Of a stretch of 64,000 nt of DNA, positions 19,817 to 31,061 are shown piece after piece. The translations under genes and the position numbers were made by a program. Positions within the stretch are counted from its first letter, which is position 1. The number at the start of each line of letters is the position of its first letter. Below the pieces are notes generated by a model. It ran no database searches. It saw only the letters and a list, made by a program, of their open reading frames with translations, and was not told the DNA's origin. Source of the stretch: an uncultured bacterium (GTDB lineage Bacteria > Patescibacteriota > Minisyncoccia > Phycocordibacterales > UBA2100); assembly GCA_903824595.1 (NCBI GenBank), contig CAIJXH010000014.1, positions 12,005 through 76,004 on the forward strand, written 5' to 3'.

Positions 19817-20854
19817 TCACACTTCAAGGGTAGGGCGGATGAACACAATAGCTCCCCATGGAATTCTTGAATATTCTGCACCACGCGTATCGCCGGGCAT
19901 ATCACGCACACGATCGGAAAGTCTTGTTGATTGAGCGGATGGGGTGTTTGTAATGTTGACAGGCGCGGATTGGGCAACAATAGGGATCGCTTCGCGCTGT
20001 ATTACCTGTTCTGCGACGAGACGTATCGGACCGACTGTGTTTGAGTTTTCAATATTTTTAGTGTTTTTTGCTGACACGAGCGATGCAAGTGTACCAAGTG
20101 TAGAAACAGGACGTTCCGTGTGTACGACATTCATCGACAATTGAGACGCATAGGGATCGAGGCGAATGGTTGATCCAAAATCTTTTTGCCTTTCTCCTCC
20201 GCCGTTCTGATCAGCGGACACCCCAGAATCAACAGCCGCAACCGCACTCGACGACGTATCAGAAAGAAACGCCGATCGCGTACTCACGAGCATATCTTTT
20301 GGTTTTTTGCCAGTCGCGATAGTTCCCGCTTGTTTGTCGGTGCAGGTGGGACACACCGTCGTGGGCACGTCGAATTTGTCAGGTCGTCCTTTGAAATCTC
20401 CGCCTGTATCATGAACATAGCACACAACGTTGCGTACGGTGTGCGGTTTGAAATCCAACGCACTCATGTATGTTACCGATCCTATGGTGAAAAACTTGCC
20501 ATAATTTGATGGATCGGAAGCGCATGTTGCATAGGCACACTCCCCAAATCGCACGCAATCAACCGTCATTGGCAAACAATATCCGTTGGTACTCAACGCG
20601 CTCGTTTCGATACATCCTTCAACCGATGTCTTGCAATTTTTTGCGTTGTGCGGCACATAAAACGTGACGTTGTTTTTGTTGACGGGGCACGGAGAAGACG
20701 CTGTACATGTCTTACTCGCTTTTGGTTTGATGCAATTCGTCCTCAAATGTACCGTAGGATCTTCTGGGTACGATACGTTACCAATTGAGAGTCCTCCGTA
20801 TGCACAATGCGGCACCAATACAATGAGACACAAAACACCTACAGCAGCTCGCAT
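19817..20854 (-). CDS. Secreted Cys-rich 3D-domain protein with low-complexity tail
   Basis: Signal peptide; TFY...ASDP...HDTGG...FDV. Confidence 0.6.
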   Translation of the reverse strand: MRAAVGVLCLIVLVPHCAYGGLSIGNVSYPEDPTVHLRTNCIKPKASKTCTASSPCPVNKNNVTFYVPHNAKNCKTSVEGCIETSALSTNGYCLPMTVDCVRFGECAYATCASDPSNYGKFFTIGSVTYMSALDFKPHTVRNVVCYVHDTGGDFKGRPDKFDVPTTVCPTCTDKQAGTIATGKKPKDMLVSTRSAFLSDTSSSAVAAVDSGVSADQNGGGERQKDFGSTIRLDPYASQLSMNVVHTERPVSTLGTLASLVSAKNTKNIENSNTVGPIRLVAEQVIQREAIPIVAQSAPVNITNTPSAQSTRLSDRVRDMPGDTRGAEYSRIPWGAIVFIRPTLEV

Positions 20855-20892
20855 GTGAAAAAGTATAGCACGCGCGAGCAACAGTTTTTGGA

Positions 20893-21153
20893 TCACAACA
20901 ACATAGTAACCCGATTGTCCGAACACTCGAGTATACCGCCGTCGATGGTGAACACTTCATCTTCGCCAAGAGTTTTTCGCACGGTAACGATGCCTTTTTT
21001 CAAGGTTGCGATAATTGCTTCGTGATGCGGAAGTATGGTTATCTCTTCGTCGACAGTCGGTATGCTCGCAGATACTGCCGCACCATCAAAATATTTCTCC
21101 CCCACCGATGCAATAACAAGGTGAAATGTTTCTGGATTACCTTCCATATACAT
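20893..21153 (-). CDS. atpC: ATP synthase epsilon subunit (N-terminal domain only)
   Basis: ITILPHH, GGILE; follows atpD; lacks the C-terminal helices. Confidence 0.85.
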   Translation of the reverse strand: MYMEGNPETFHLVIASVGEKYFDGAAVSASIPTVDEEITILPHHEAIIATLKKGIVTVRKTLGEDEVFTIDGGILECSDNRVTMLL

Positions 21154-22551
<1,398 letters not shown>

Positions 22552-22569
22552 CTAAATTTTGATAAAAAT

Positions 22570-23490
22570 CTACCGCATTGCCTCGATACCGCCGACGATC
22601 TCGGAAACTTCGCGCGTAATGGCTGCCTGACGGACTTTGTTGTAAATGCGCGTGGAGAGACGCACCATTTCTTTCGCCTTGTCGGTGGCGTTCTTCATGG
22701 CGACCATGCGCGCCGAATGCTCGGATGCTTTCGCTTCAAGCAGCGCATGGAAAACGGCAATGTTGAGAAGCTTTGGTAGAAGCTCGGCAAGGATTTTTTC
22801 CGGATCCGGCTCGATGGTATACGCAACAGACGCACCCTCCTTCGCTGAAGCTACGGAGGGCGAGTACCTGCCGCGCGCAGGACGGATTCCTGCAACCATC
22901 ACTCGCATCACCTCACGCGTGATCGGTACGATGTGGCGAATCGTCGGCTCTTGTTCGAACGTGGAAAGAAAATTTTGATAACCCACCAAGACGCTCCCGA
23001 TCTCTTTTGCCGTATGCCACGCGAAAATGCCGTCGACCACCTCGCGAATGTCGGATTCGCCGATACTGTCGCTCACGTTCTCGTGTCTGATGCGCACGTC
23101 GTACCCGCGCGAAGCGAAGTAGTCTGCGCCGCGTCGCCCAAATCCGATAATCACCACGTCTTTTTTGTCGAGCGCACGATCGGCGATTTCACGTTCCACG
23201 CGCCGAATGACGCCGCTGTTGAGCGATCCAGCGAGTCCTTTGTCGCTCGTAACGACGATAAAACATGACTTGCCTTTCCGATCTTGCATGAGCGGCATGT
23301 CGATCACCGTTTGCGTACCTGCAAGCTTTTCAAGAATCGTGAGCGCTGCAGCGGCATACGCACGCCCCGAAAGCGCGCGTTCCTGACTCTTGCGCATCTT
23401 CACGGCAGACACCGCTTCCATCGCACGAGTTACGGTACCCGTTTTTTTGTACGAGTGAATCTTCAGCTTGATGTTTTTCAAACTGGCCAT
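22570..23490 (-). CDS. atpG: ATP synthase gamma subunit
   Basis: TSDKGLAG, ASEHSARMVAM, RQAAITRE. Confidence 0.96.
   Translation of the reverse strand: MASLKNIKLKIHSYKKTGTVTRAMEAVSAVKMRKSQERALSGRAYAAAALTILEKLAGTQTVIDMPLMQDRKGKSCFIVVTSDKGLAGSLNSGVIRRVEREIADRALDKKDVVIIGFGRRGADYFASRGYDVRIRHENVSDSIGESDIREVVDGIFAWHTAKEIGSVLVGYQNFLSTFEQEPTIRHIVPITREVMRVMVAGIRPARGRYSPSVASAKEGASVAYTIEPDPEKILAELLPKLLNIAVFHALLEAKASEHSARMVAMKNATDKAKEMVRLSTRIYNKVRQAAITREVSEIVGGIEAMR
22835..22860. repeat. REP-like palindrome inside atpG
   Basis: CCCTCC-ttcgctgaagctac-GGAGGG; encodes PSVASAKEG. Confidence 0.6.
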
Positions 23491-23492
23491 AT

Positions 23493-25061
23493 TTATGTAG
23501 AGGCGAACAATTCCCCATGCCCTGCGCGGAATTCTTCCATCGCTTTATGTAGTGCTTTCTTGGAATCATCGGACAAAACGCCGGTCTTTTTGATTTCAAG
23601 AAGTGTCGCTTCGTAGCCGTCGTCGAGGAATTCGGCGAAACGCGCCTCGACACTCGTCACCTGCGACACCGATACATCAGCGAAGAATTTCTGTCCTGCC
23701 GCAAAGAGTACCGCCACCTGCTTCTCCATCGGGATCGGCGCGCCATTTTTCTGCTTCAGCACTTCCACCATGCGCTGCCCGGAGGCAATACGATCGGCGG
23801 TCGCTTTGTCGAGATCCTGCGCGAATTGCATGAATGCTTCGAGCTCGCGGAACTGCGCCAGCTCTAGTTTCAAGCTGCCCGCCACCGCTTTCATCGCTTT
23901 AGTTTGCGCACTGGAACCGACGCGCGACACCGAGATACCCACGTCGATCGCGGGGCGCACGCCTTTGTTGAAGAGTGACGCATCGAGGAAAATCTGTCCG
24001 TCGGTGATGGAGATAACGTTGGTCGGGATGTACGCCGACACGTCGCCATCTTGTGTCTCGATGATCGGCAGCGCAGTGATCGAGCCGCCGCCTTTCGCGT
24101 CGGAGAGGCGCGCTGCACGTTCGAGCAAACGAGAGTGCAAGTAGAAAATGTCGCCCGGATACGCCTCGCGACCCGGCGGACGACGCAAGAGGAGCGAGAG
24201 CTCTCGATATGCGACAGCTTGTTTGGACAGGTCGTCGTACACGATCAACACATCGCGCCCGCGATCCATAAAATATTCGCCGATCGCCACACCCGCAAAC
24301 GGCGCAAGGAATTGCAATGCCGCCGGCGCGCTCGCGGGAGCATCGACGATGATGGTGTAGTCGAGAGCATTTTCGGCTTTGAGCTGCGCCACGATGCGAG
24401 CGGTTTTCGATTCCTTCTGACCGATCGCCACATAAATACAAATCGGGCGCTTCTCCGCTGGTTCATGCTTCTGGTTGATGATGGTGTCGATCGCAATGGT
24501 CGTCTTGCCTGTGGAACGGTCGCCGATAATGAGCTCGCGCTGACCACGACCCACCGGAATCATCGCGTCGATCGCCTTGATACCTGTGGCAAGTGGTGTT
24601 GTGACCGATTTGCGATGCATGACGCCGTACGCCTCACGCTCCACCGGCATCATCGTCGTTTTTACAAATGCACCCCTGCCGTCGATCGGCTCGCCGAGCG
24701 CATTGACCACGCGTCCGAGCAGCTCGTCACCGGAGGGCACCGAGAGAATTTTTCCGGTCGAGCGCACCGTCATACCTTCGCAGACGCGAGAACTGTCGCC
24801 AAGAATAGTCGCACGCGCGCCGTCTTCTTCGAGGTTCAAAATGAGACCGTAGAGACGCGAGTGATCCTTCATAGAATCGGCAAGCGAATCCCCCGCACCT
24901 TCCTCAAACAAAATCACCTCGCTCATGACCGCTTTCGAAAGCCCGTCGATCGCGACGACGCCGTCGCCCACCGCCGTAACGCGACCAATCTCATGACTGT
25001 TGGTTTTGATCGTGTAGTTCTCGATCTCTCGAATCACTTTTTCTACAATCGCCGATTCCAT
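23493..25061 (-). CDS. atpA: ATP synthase alpha subunit
   Basis: [20 protein letters not shown]. Confidence 0.97.
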   Translation of the reverse strand: MESAIVEKVIREIENYTIKTNSHEIGRVTAVGDGVVAIDGLSKAVMSEVILFEEGAGDSLADSMKDHSRLYGLILNLEEDGARATILGDSSRVCEGMTVRSTGKILSVPSGDELLGRVVNALGEPIDGRGAFVKTTMMPVEREAYGVMHRKSVTTPLATGIKAIDAMIPVGRGQRELIIGDRSTGKTTIAIDTIINQKHEPAEKRPICIYVAIGQKESKTARIVAQLKAENALDYTIIVDAPASAPAALQFLAPFAGVAIGEYFMDRGRDVLIVYDDLSKQAVAYRELSLLLRRPPGREAYPGDIFYLHSRLLERAARLSDAKGGGSITALPIIETQDGDVSAYIPTNVISITDGQIFLDASLFNKGVRPAIDVGISVSRVGSSAQTKAMKAVAGSLKLELAQFRELEAFMQFAQDLDKATADRIASGQRMVEVLKQKNGAPIPMEKQVAVLFAAGQKFFADVSVSQVTSVEARFAEFLDDGYEATLLEIKKTGVLSDDSKKALHKAMEEFRAGHGELFAST

Positions 25062-25073
25062 ACGTGTAATAAT

Positions 25074-25463
25074 TTATGTCCTTATAATGCGCTCGTACAG
25101 CGCCATCAATCCGTTTTTATAACTCGCGTCGATGAGGCGCCCCCGACCTTCCAATCGCCAGCCGCCGATCAACGTCTCATCAACGCGCGTTACTACATCT
25201 TTTTTTGTTGCACCCATCTCCTCAATCTTCTTGCCCGCTTCATCAAGCATGCGTTGCGCATCACTCTCTCGCGCGACCACGAGCTCCACCTTTGTGTGCC
25301 TTGCCGACTGACGCGCCAACGCCTCAAACGCACGACCGATCTTTGCGAGCAGTGCCTGATGTCCGCGGCGCTCCAGCATAGTGCAGAGACGTTCCACCGC
25401 TTCCTTCGGATCAGTTCCCTTTTCTACCGTATGCCACAGAGCCGCCGCGTATGCTTTTTCCAT
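25074..25463 (-). CDS. atpH: ATP synthase delta subunit (short)
   Basis: VDETLIGG...IDAS; operon position. Confidence 0.85.
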   Translation of the reverse strand: MEKAYAAALWHTVEKGTDPKEAVERLCTMLERRGHQALLAKIGRAFEALARQSARHTKVELVVARESDAQRMLDEAGKKIEEMGATKKDVVTRVDETLIGGWRLEGRGRLIDASYKNGLMALYERIIRT

Positions 25464-25469
25464 ACGGGA

Positions 25470-25919
25470 TTATGCGTGCTTCTCGCGCAAGATTTTCTCG
25501 GCAGCAAGAAGTGCCGCTCGGGTAATTTCGCGCTCACTTTCCTTGATGGCGCGACGCTTCGCCTCCTCGGCGCGATCGCTCGCTTCCTTGAGAAGCGTAT
25601 CGGCGCGAAGATTGGCATTTTCCACAATCTCCCCCGCACGCTCCTCGGCGCGATTGCGCGCCGCCGCCACAATACCTTCCGCCTCGCGTACCGCCATGCC
25701 CACAATCTCGCCCTTCTTGGCATCCGCTTCGGCGAGCCGCGCATCAGCCTCCTCCGCGGCGCGGACTCCTGCGGCGATCTTTTCACGTCGCGCGTCGATG
25801 ACACGCAGTGCCGGACGATAGAGGAAATACGAAAGCACACCAAGCACGATCGCAAAGTTGATCCCTTGCGCAAGCAAGAGTTTCCAATCTATCCCAAACG
25901 CCGCCAGGAGTTGATCCAT
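25470..25919 (-). CDS. atpF: ATP synthase b subunit
   Basis: N-terminal TM (QGINF) plus coiled coil; operon position. Confidence 0.92.
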   Translation of the reverse strand: MDQLLAAFGIDWKLLLAQGINFAIVLGVLSYFLYRPALRVIDARREKIAAGVRAAEEADARLAEADAKKGEIVGMAVREAEGIVAAARNRAEERAGEIVENANLRADTLLKEASDRAEEAKRRAIKESEREITRAALLAAEKILREKHA

Positions 25920-25925
25920 ACGATA

Positions 25926-26159
25926 TTATGTGAATTTCTCAAGCAAGGCGATAACGATCGTGAAAATCGCGAGAGCTTCCGCAAACGCAACACCCACGAA
26001 CATAAGCGGCTGAATCTTGCCGGATGCTTCAGGGTTGCGCCCAATCGCCTCCACCGCCTTACCGACGATAGTACCGATAGCGAGTGCAGGACCAAACACA
26101 CCAATACCCACAACAAAACCCATCGACAGCAAACGTGCTACTTCTACGTCCATAGTCAT
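25926..26159 (-). CDS. atpE: ATP synthase c subunit (H+ type)
   Basis: GRNPEA, AFAEALAIF; no Na+-binding Q/ES signature. Confidence 0.94.
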   Translation of the reverse strand: MTMDVEVARLLSMGFVVGIGVFGPALAIGTIVGKAVEAIGRNPEASGKIQPLMFVGVAFAEALAIFTIVIALLEKFT

Positions 26160-26219
26160 GTTAATAAAAAGTAAATAAAAAGGCTTTCGACGAAGCCGCA
26201 TCAGCGTCCCAAGGAGGCG

Positions 26220-26993
26220 CTAGTGCGGTTTCATGATTGCGATTTTGATAAAAAAGAGCGTCAGAATCGAGAAAATGCCGGCTTGTACAAACGCCACAAA
26301 CACTTCAAAAAGCACAAGAGGCACCGGCAGAAGATACGGGAGGAAATACGCCGCGATCGCGATCATGATTTCTCCCGCAAGAATATTGCCGAAAAGACGG
26401 AACGAGAACGATACGAGACGCGAAACCTCACTTACCAAATCGATCACGCCGATCGCAAACGCCATCGGCGACTTGAGTGTAATAAACTTCGACCCGTACT
26501 TCAAGGCACCGAGCACCGCGACACCGGCGGTTTGCACAAAGATCACCGCAATCACCGCAAGCGCGATTGTCATATTGAGGTCGGTATTGAGACTGCGAAA
26601 AAGAGGCACGAGCTCACCGTGTTCATAGAATCCAATCGAGCCGACACCGGGCAAAAACTGTACGAGATTTGCCGTGAGTATAAAGAGAAAGATCGACATA
26701 ATGAGTGGAAAATACCGCCGCGCCAGATCTTTTCCACCAAGCGTCTGATCAATGTAGTCAAAGACAAACTCCACCGCCGATTCAAAAACCACCTGCAGCC
26801 GCCCGGGAATGAGCGCTACGCCTCTGCGATACAAAAAAGCAAGCAGTACCAAACACAACACGACAAACCACCCCATCACGAGCGTGTTGGTAATCGGCAT
26901 ACCGAAGAAATCACCAAGCTTTTCAGCCGCGAGCGATACGTGAAGACCGCCCTTCTCGGCGGCTTCTGCTGTCTGACCTGCCACTGATTCCAT
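26220..26993 (-). CDS. atpB: ATP synthase a subunit
   Basis: SFSFRLFGNILAGE, VQAGIF. Confidence 0.95.
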   Translation of the reverse strand: MESVAGQTAEAAEKGGLHVSLAAEKLGDFFGMPITNTLVMGWFVVLCLVLLAFLYRRGVALIPGRLQVVFESAVEFVFDYIDQTLGGKDLARRYFPLIMSIFLFILTANLVQFLPGVGSIGFYEHGELVPLFRSLNTDLNMTIALAVIAVIFVQTAGVAVLGALKYGSKFITLKSPMAFAIGVIDLVSEVSRLVSFSFRLFGNILAGEIMIAIAAYFLPYLLPVPLVLFEVFVAFVQAGIFSILTLFFIKIAIMKPH

Positions 26994-27044
26994 GGTCAGT
27001 ATTCTACCTCATCATCGAGAGGTTATCCACTGTTGTGTGACACT

Positions 27045-27593
27045 CTAGTTATTTCTTGCGATCGACGCATGACCAATCTTTTGTACAAGCTCTGCTTGAT
27101 TGCGCGGCATATCATTCACGCCCACATGTCCCACGATACGCACTTCCACATCTTTACACACACCGAGCGCAATAGCAGGATTTACCATTTTTCCATTGAC
27201 CTTTACGTAATCATCAGAATGGAAGAGAATGTCGATTTGATTGTGTTTACGCGGATGCATCGAGTCGGCGACGACGCGCAAACCCATAAAATCACTGACG
27301 AGTCCGATTCCGCACTGCGGTGACGAGGTCGCGTCTGTGGGAACTATCTGAATCACTGTCCCAAAAGGCAGCGCATCGGCAAGATCAGCAGATCGCGCGA
27401 CAATCATGTCTGGATCGGCGTACGCTCCACTTGCGGTGATAAAAGGCTCATTGTCGGTTTGTTCTGGCACAGCATTATATCCAGTTGCCGCAACATGAAG
27501 TGCCGCAGGGTGCGCAGGAGCATTCGCCGCAACACCGCTTTGGTTGGAAAAAAACAAAAGCCCCAATAAGGCCGTCGTGAAAATTGTTTGCAT
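27045..27593 (-). CDS. Secreted 3D-domain protein
   Basis: ATGYN, QTD..PFITASG, PFGT, VADSM, IDI. Confidence 0.75.
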   Translation of the reverse strand: MQTIFTTALLGLLFFSNQSGVAANAPAHPAALHVAATGYNAVPEQTDNEPFITASGAYADPDMIVARSADLADALPFGTVIQIVPTDATSSPQCGIGLVSDFMGLRVVADSMHPRKHNQIDILFHSDDYVKVNGKMVNPAIALGVCKDVEVRIVGHVGVNDMPRNQAELVQKIGHASIARNN

Positions 27594-27626
27594 AGGTGCT
27601 CAAGAGTGTATCTCTCGCGCTTCCAG

Positions 27627-27655
27627 ACTGTAGCATATATCACATTGCTCGTCAA
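27627..27655 (-). promoter_or_regulatory. sigma70 promoter for the 3D-domain gene
   Basis: TTGACG, 17 nt, TACAGT with an extended TG on the minus strand. Confidence 0.6.
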
Positions 27656-27677
27656 GCGCGACTCTCGCGTATGCAAC

Positions 27678-27705
27678 GCGGTCGCCTATTTTGAGAGGCG
27701 ACCGC
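27678..27705. terminator. GC-rich hairpin
   Basis: GCGGTCGCCT-attttgag-AGGCGACCGC; weak T tract. Confidence 0.5.
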
Positions 27706-27730
27706 TGCTTCTGTCAAAATCTGGGCACGA

Positions 27731-27892
27731 TCACTTTTTACCCAAAATCTTGTACATACCCGTTCCACACACCCCACACACGCCTTTCATCGCCCTTCGT
27801 TCGCCTCCTTTACCTGGCATCGACACCTCATTGGCGTCTTTCATCTCTCGTTTATCTTTACATTTGACACAATATCCAATAACGGGATCCAT
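27731..27892 (-). CDS. 53-aa zinc-ribbon protein (DUF5679-like), absent from the ORF track
   Basis: Hand translation MDPVIGYCVKCKDKREMKDANEVSMPGKGGERRAMKGVCGVCGTGMYKILGKK*; two CxxC motifs. Confidence 0.85.
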   Translation of the reverse strand: MDPVIGYCVKCKDKREMKDANEVSMPGKGGERRAMKGVCGVCGTGMYKILGKK

Positions 27893-27915
27893 AGAGTTTG
27901 TTTTAGTCAATAAGA

Positions 27916-29166
27916 TTACTGCACCGCCGACGTTGTGGTGCCGTTCAATACATTACCCGCGACTTCAGACAAGGTTTTTCTGATTTTCGATATGTCTACT
28001 CTCACGTCTTTTACATCCTGATTTGACGCTTGTATGTTCTTTTGTGCTGCCTGTATCGCGTGCACATTATTTTGATACACCGTGTTGTCTCCGTTGTCTG
28101 GCTTTAGATCGGCAACCAATGCACGCGCCGCGCCTGCTTGCGATTGCGCATCTGCCAATTTTGATACGAGATCAGAATATGCAGACTGCGCCACCGATAC
28201 GTCAGCTCCCGACGAAACGGCAGCGTCGATAAGCGTCTTCAGCTTGGTCCCCACGGTTTGCATATCAGTTACCACTGATTCGATGCGTCCAGCCGCTGCC
28301 GTCACCGCCCCCTTTGGAATGACAAGTGCAAACGTGCGGAATGATTTTGTAATTAATTGCACGTCAGCCTTGAGTGTTGTGGTCGATGCATCTGCGAGGA
28401 TTGAATCTTTGAGCGTTGATAGCGAAGCTATTTGCGTCGACAAATCTTGCGTGAGCGATGCTTTGTCGTCTGCCGAGAGCTGCGTCATGTTGGCAATTCG
28501 ACTTTGAAGCGCCGTCAGCGCATCAATGCGTTTCGCTATTTCAGTATCTGCGCGCTGCTTCATTGAATCAATACGATTTTGCACTCCTTTCTTCATTCCA
28601 TCAACAAACCCAGCAGTCAAATCAGACGCCTTCCCGAAAGACGGAAAAGGTACACCATCAGTCGTACTCGCGGAAAGGAAAGAATCGCTCATCTTTTTTT
28701 TGAAATCACGCATCTCCTGGCGCAACGGACGCTCTCCCGTATCGGATGTAGACGCCACTCGCATATCGCGTACGCGTACCCCGTTTGGCCCAACCTGCAT
28801 GCCCCCGACGCGTACTTCTCCATTTGGACGCACCTGCACATCAAGAGACGACACTTCATCGGTAGATGATCCAACATCTCCTTCGACACGAGCGCGCCCA
28901 CTATGCGGCCATGCGCCTTCATTGACACTTCCGCCACCCTGCGCCCCCTGCTGGACATGCTGCCCAAACCCACCAGGTATAAACTTCCCACCCATAGATC
29001 CCATAAATCCTCGAAGAGATGGGGCGGTTGCGGGCGGCACCGTCGGAATCGTGGGAACTGATACTTGCGTATTTGGTACATCTTGGGCAAAGACTGGCAA
29101 AACCACCGTTCCAGACGCAACAATACCCATCGCAATCAATGCTCCTGTCTGTATTCGTTTGTTCAT
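27916..29166 (-). CDS. Secreted low-complexity/coiled-coil protein
   Basis: Signal peptide ending VFA; Gly-rich linker; long helical C-terminus. Confidence 0.65.
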   Translation of the reverse strand: MNKRIQTGALIAMGIVASGTVVLPVFAQDVPNTQVSVPTIPTVPPATAPSLRGFMGSMGGKFIPGGFGQHVQQGAQGGGSVNEGAWPHSGRARVEGDVGSSTDEVSSLDVQVRPNGEVRVGGMQVGPNGVRVRDMRVASTSDTGERPLRQEMRDFKKKMSDSFLSASTTDGVPFPSFGKASDLTAGFVDGMKKGVQNRIDSMKQRADTEIAKRIDALTALQSRIANMTQLSADDKASLTQDLSTQIASLSTLKDSILADASTTTLKADVQLITKSFRTFALVIPKGAVTAAAGRIESVVTDMQTVGTKLKTLIDAAVSSGADVSVAQSAYSDLVSKLADAQSQAGAARALVADLKPDNGDNTVYQNNVHAIQAAQKNIQASNQDVKDVRVDISKIRKTLSEVAGNVLNGTTTSAVQ

Positions 29167-29190
29167 ACGTTGAAAATAATGAGAAATAAA

Positions 29191-29475
29191 TTATTGCTGG
29201 GACTTTGCTCCCGCCACTCCAAATTGAATCCCTGCCGCATCAGCATCGAGCGCTTGCAGCTGCGCGTCGAGTGCACGAAGATCCTCATCAATGGCTTTCG
29301 TCGACGTGTCGGAAGACGAGGTTTTCAGACTCGATGGCACACGCACCTCCTTCGCGACGACTTGCGATGCTGCAGACACGCCATTGCGCTGATCATTGGA
29401 GCTGAACCAATACCCACCGCCAACCACACCCGCTAATGCAACCAAACCAATCACCCACTGTCCGATTGAAATCAT
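29191..29475 (-). CDS. Small membrane-anchored protein
   Basis: N-terminal TM and short coiled coil; start uncertain. Confidence 0.5.
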   Translation of the reverse strand: MISIGQWVIGLVALAGVVGGGYWFSSNDQRNGVSAASQVVAKEVRVPSSLKTSSSDTSTKAIDEDLRALDAQLQALDADAAGIQFGVAGAKSQQ

Positions 29476-29510
29476 ACGTAACTTATGGTTATTACTAAAT
29501 AAACACACCA

Positions 29511-29894
29511 TCATTCAACGACAATTTGCGTCCCGCATTCCGCCGTCGCTCCTGATGTATTCCTCACTACCAGATCATAGAATGTCGTACTCGTAGGCGC
29601 AACAACACGTTGTCCGTCAGACGACACATGATCCCCGTTGATAAAAGCAGTTTCGGCGCCCGTCGATGTCCACATGATGGTTGTGGACGCGCCCGCAGTC
29701 AGATCTGATGATTCAGAAGTAAGCACGCACGAAGGTACCGCAGCATCATGCGACAACGGCTCCGCAACAGACGCGACATGCAAGCGAGTAGGAAATGTCG
29801 GCATCGTGTATCCAATTGCCGATGCCCATCCTATCGCAAGCACCACAATCACCGCCATGGTAAGTTCTGGATATTTCAAATCCTTGAAGTCCAT
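29511..29894 (-). CDS. Membrane-anchored protein with Ig-like/PKD-like beta domain
   Basis: TM; 'SCVLT...G.STTIMWTST.A...PTSTT.Y.L...C'. Confidence 0.6.
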   Translation of the reverse strand: MDFKDLKYPELTMAVIVVLAIGWASAIGYTMPTFPTRLHVASVAEPLSHDAAVPSCVLTSESSDLTAGASTTIMWTSTGAETAFINGDHVSSDGQRVVAPTSTTFYDLVVRNTSGATAECGTQIVVE

Positions 29895-29980
29895 AGCATG
29901 GATGGTAGCATGGGTTGAATCAATACACCGATGTTATACACAGTTCTTCATCATTGAGCACCGTGATTCGCACATGTACA

Positions 29981-30009
29981 TTGACAAAATATTCTAGTGA
30001 TGTTTTACT
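29981..30009 (+). promoter_or_regulatory. sigma70 promoter
   Basis: TTGACA, 17 nt, TTTACT with an extended TG; SD GGAG at 30041. Confidence 0.55.
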
Positions 30010-30051
30010 GTGAATAGAATATATAGAAAAATAGCCTGACGGAGATGTACA

Positions 30052-30996
30052 ATGACCGAGAAAAACGAGCTGACAATCGTGACCATGTTGGAAACAACAG
30101 TCGATAAAACAATCGACTATGAATACAATGTAACGCCATACACACTGGCGTTGCCGTTTATGTGGATGCTTACGGCATGGGTACGCATGAAAAAGAAGTG
30201 CTTCGGCGCAAAACAAGAAGTAAATACGATATTGTTTGATGCGCGTGGCACACAATGCAGCAGGATTCGTAAATATGCTGCAACATGGCAATCACTCGAC
30301 ATAATATACAACTATAAAAATGGTACGGGTACGCGTTTGGACGACTTCTGGATCAACATGCGTAACGCTCAAGCAGTACGAAATAGACTCAAAATAATCG
30401 TACGCGAAGTGTTGCGCGCAAGCTTGACGATGCACACCAATAATATGCCAGTCCGGATATTATCCCTAGCGTGTGGATCAGCGCAGGGAGTGCTTGAGGC
30501 GACTTCACAGATTCTAAACAGCGGGTTCGATATCAAGATCTTACTCACTGATCAAGACCCTGAAGCTGAAGAGATGATTGCGCATCACGCAAATCGTCTA
30601 AATCTTCCGAGAGACGTCTGGGAATTTAAAGTCGTCAGACTCCCAAACCCAATCGCTATTCAAAGAATAGCGAGAAGATTCAAACCCACAATTGTGGAGA
30701 TGGTCGGACTTCTTGATTACCTTAACAATGATCTTGCATTGACCGTCTCTGGTACGATCATCAACGATTTGCTGCCAAGAGGCGGATGGTTTCTTACTGC
30801 CCATATTCATCCAAATCCAGAAATCGTGTTTCTGAGAGAAGTAATAACATGGGGACAAAGTCCGCGCATGTTGTATCGTACGCGCACAGAATTTCTTGAA
30901 CTCCTTGTGCAGGCTGGAGGACACTTATACGTTACGGAAAGTGAGCCTCATGGGATACATACCGTTGCGGTATGTATAAAAGATGTATCTACATAG
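30052..30996 (+). CDS. Class I SAM-dependent methyltransferase-like protein
   Basis: VRILSLACGSAQ motif I, LTDQD, MVGLLDYL, PRGGWF. Confidence 0.72.
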   Translation: MTEKNELTIVTMLETTVDKTIDYEYNVTPYTLALPFMWMLTAWVRMKKKCFGAKQEVNTILFDARGTQCSRIRKYAATWQSLDIIYNYKNGTGTRLDDFWINMRNAQAVRNRLKIIVREVLRASLTMHTNNMPVRILSLACGSAQGVLEATSQILNSGFDIKILLTDQDPEAEEMIAHHANRLNLPRDVWEFKVVRLPNPIAIQRIARRFKPTIVEMVGLLDYLNNDLALTVSGTIINDLLPRGGWFLTAHIHPNPEIVFLREVITWGQSPRMLYRTRTEFLELLVQAGGHLYVTESEPHGIHTVAVCIKDVST

Positions 30997-31026
30997 GTGG
31001 CTTATATGTACTCAATCATCCAACTT

Positions 31027-31057
31027 AGTGGTACCATGAAGGTACCACTTTTTATTT
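31027..31057 (+). terminator. Hairpin + T tract (terminator or operator)
   Basis: AGTGGTACC-atgaa-GGTACCACT-TTTT. Confidence 0.5.
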
Positions 31058-31061
31058 GCTT

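Noticed and set aside
24051-26174. 707-aa plus-strand ORF
   Set aside because: Antisense shadow of the atp genes; no motifs.
26182-26220. Small hairpins between atpB and atpE
   Set aside because: Stems are too short to support a call.
27023-27031. DnaA-box-like TTATCCACT
   Set aside because: Single mismatched box; no cluster, AT-rich unwinding region or dnaA.
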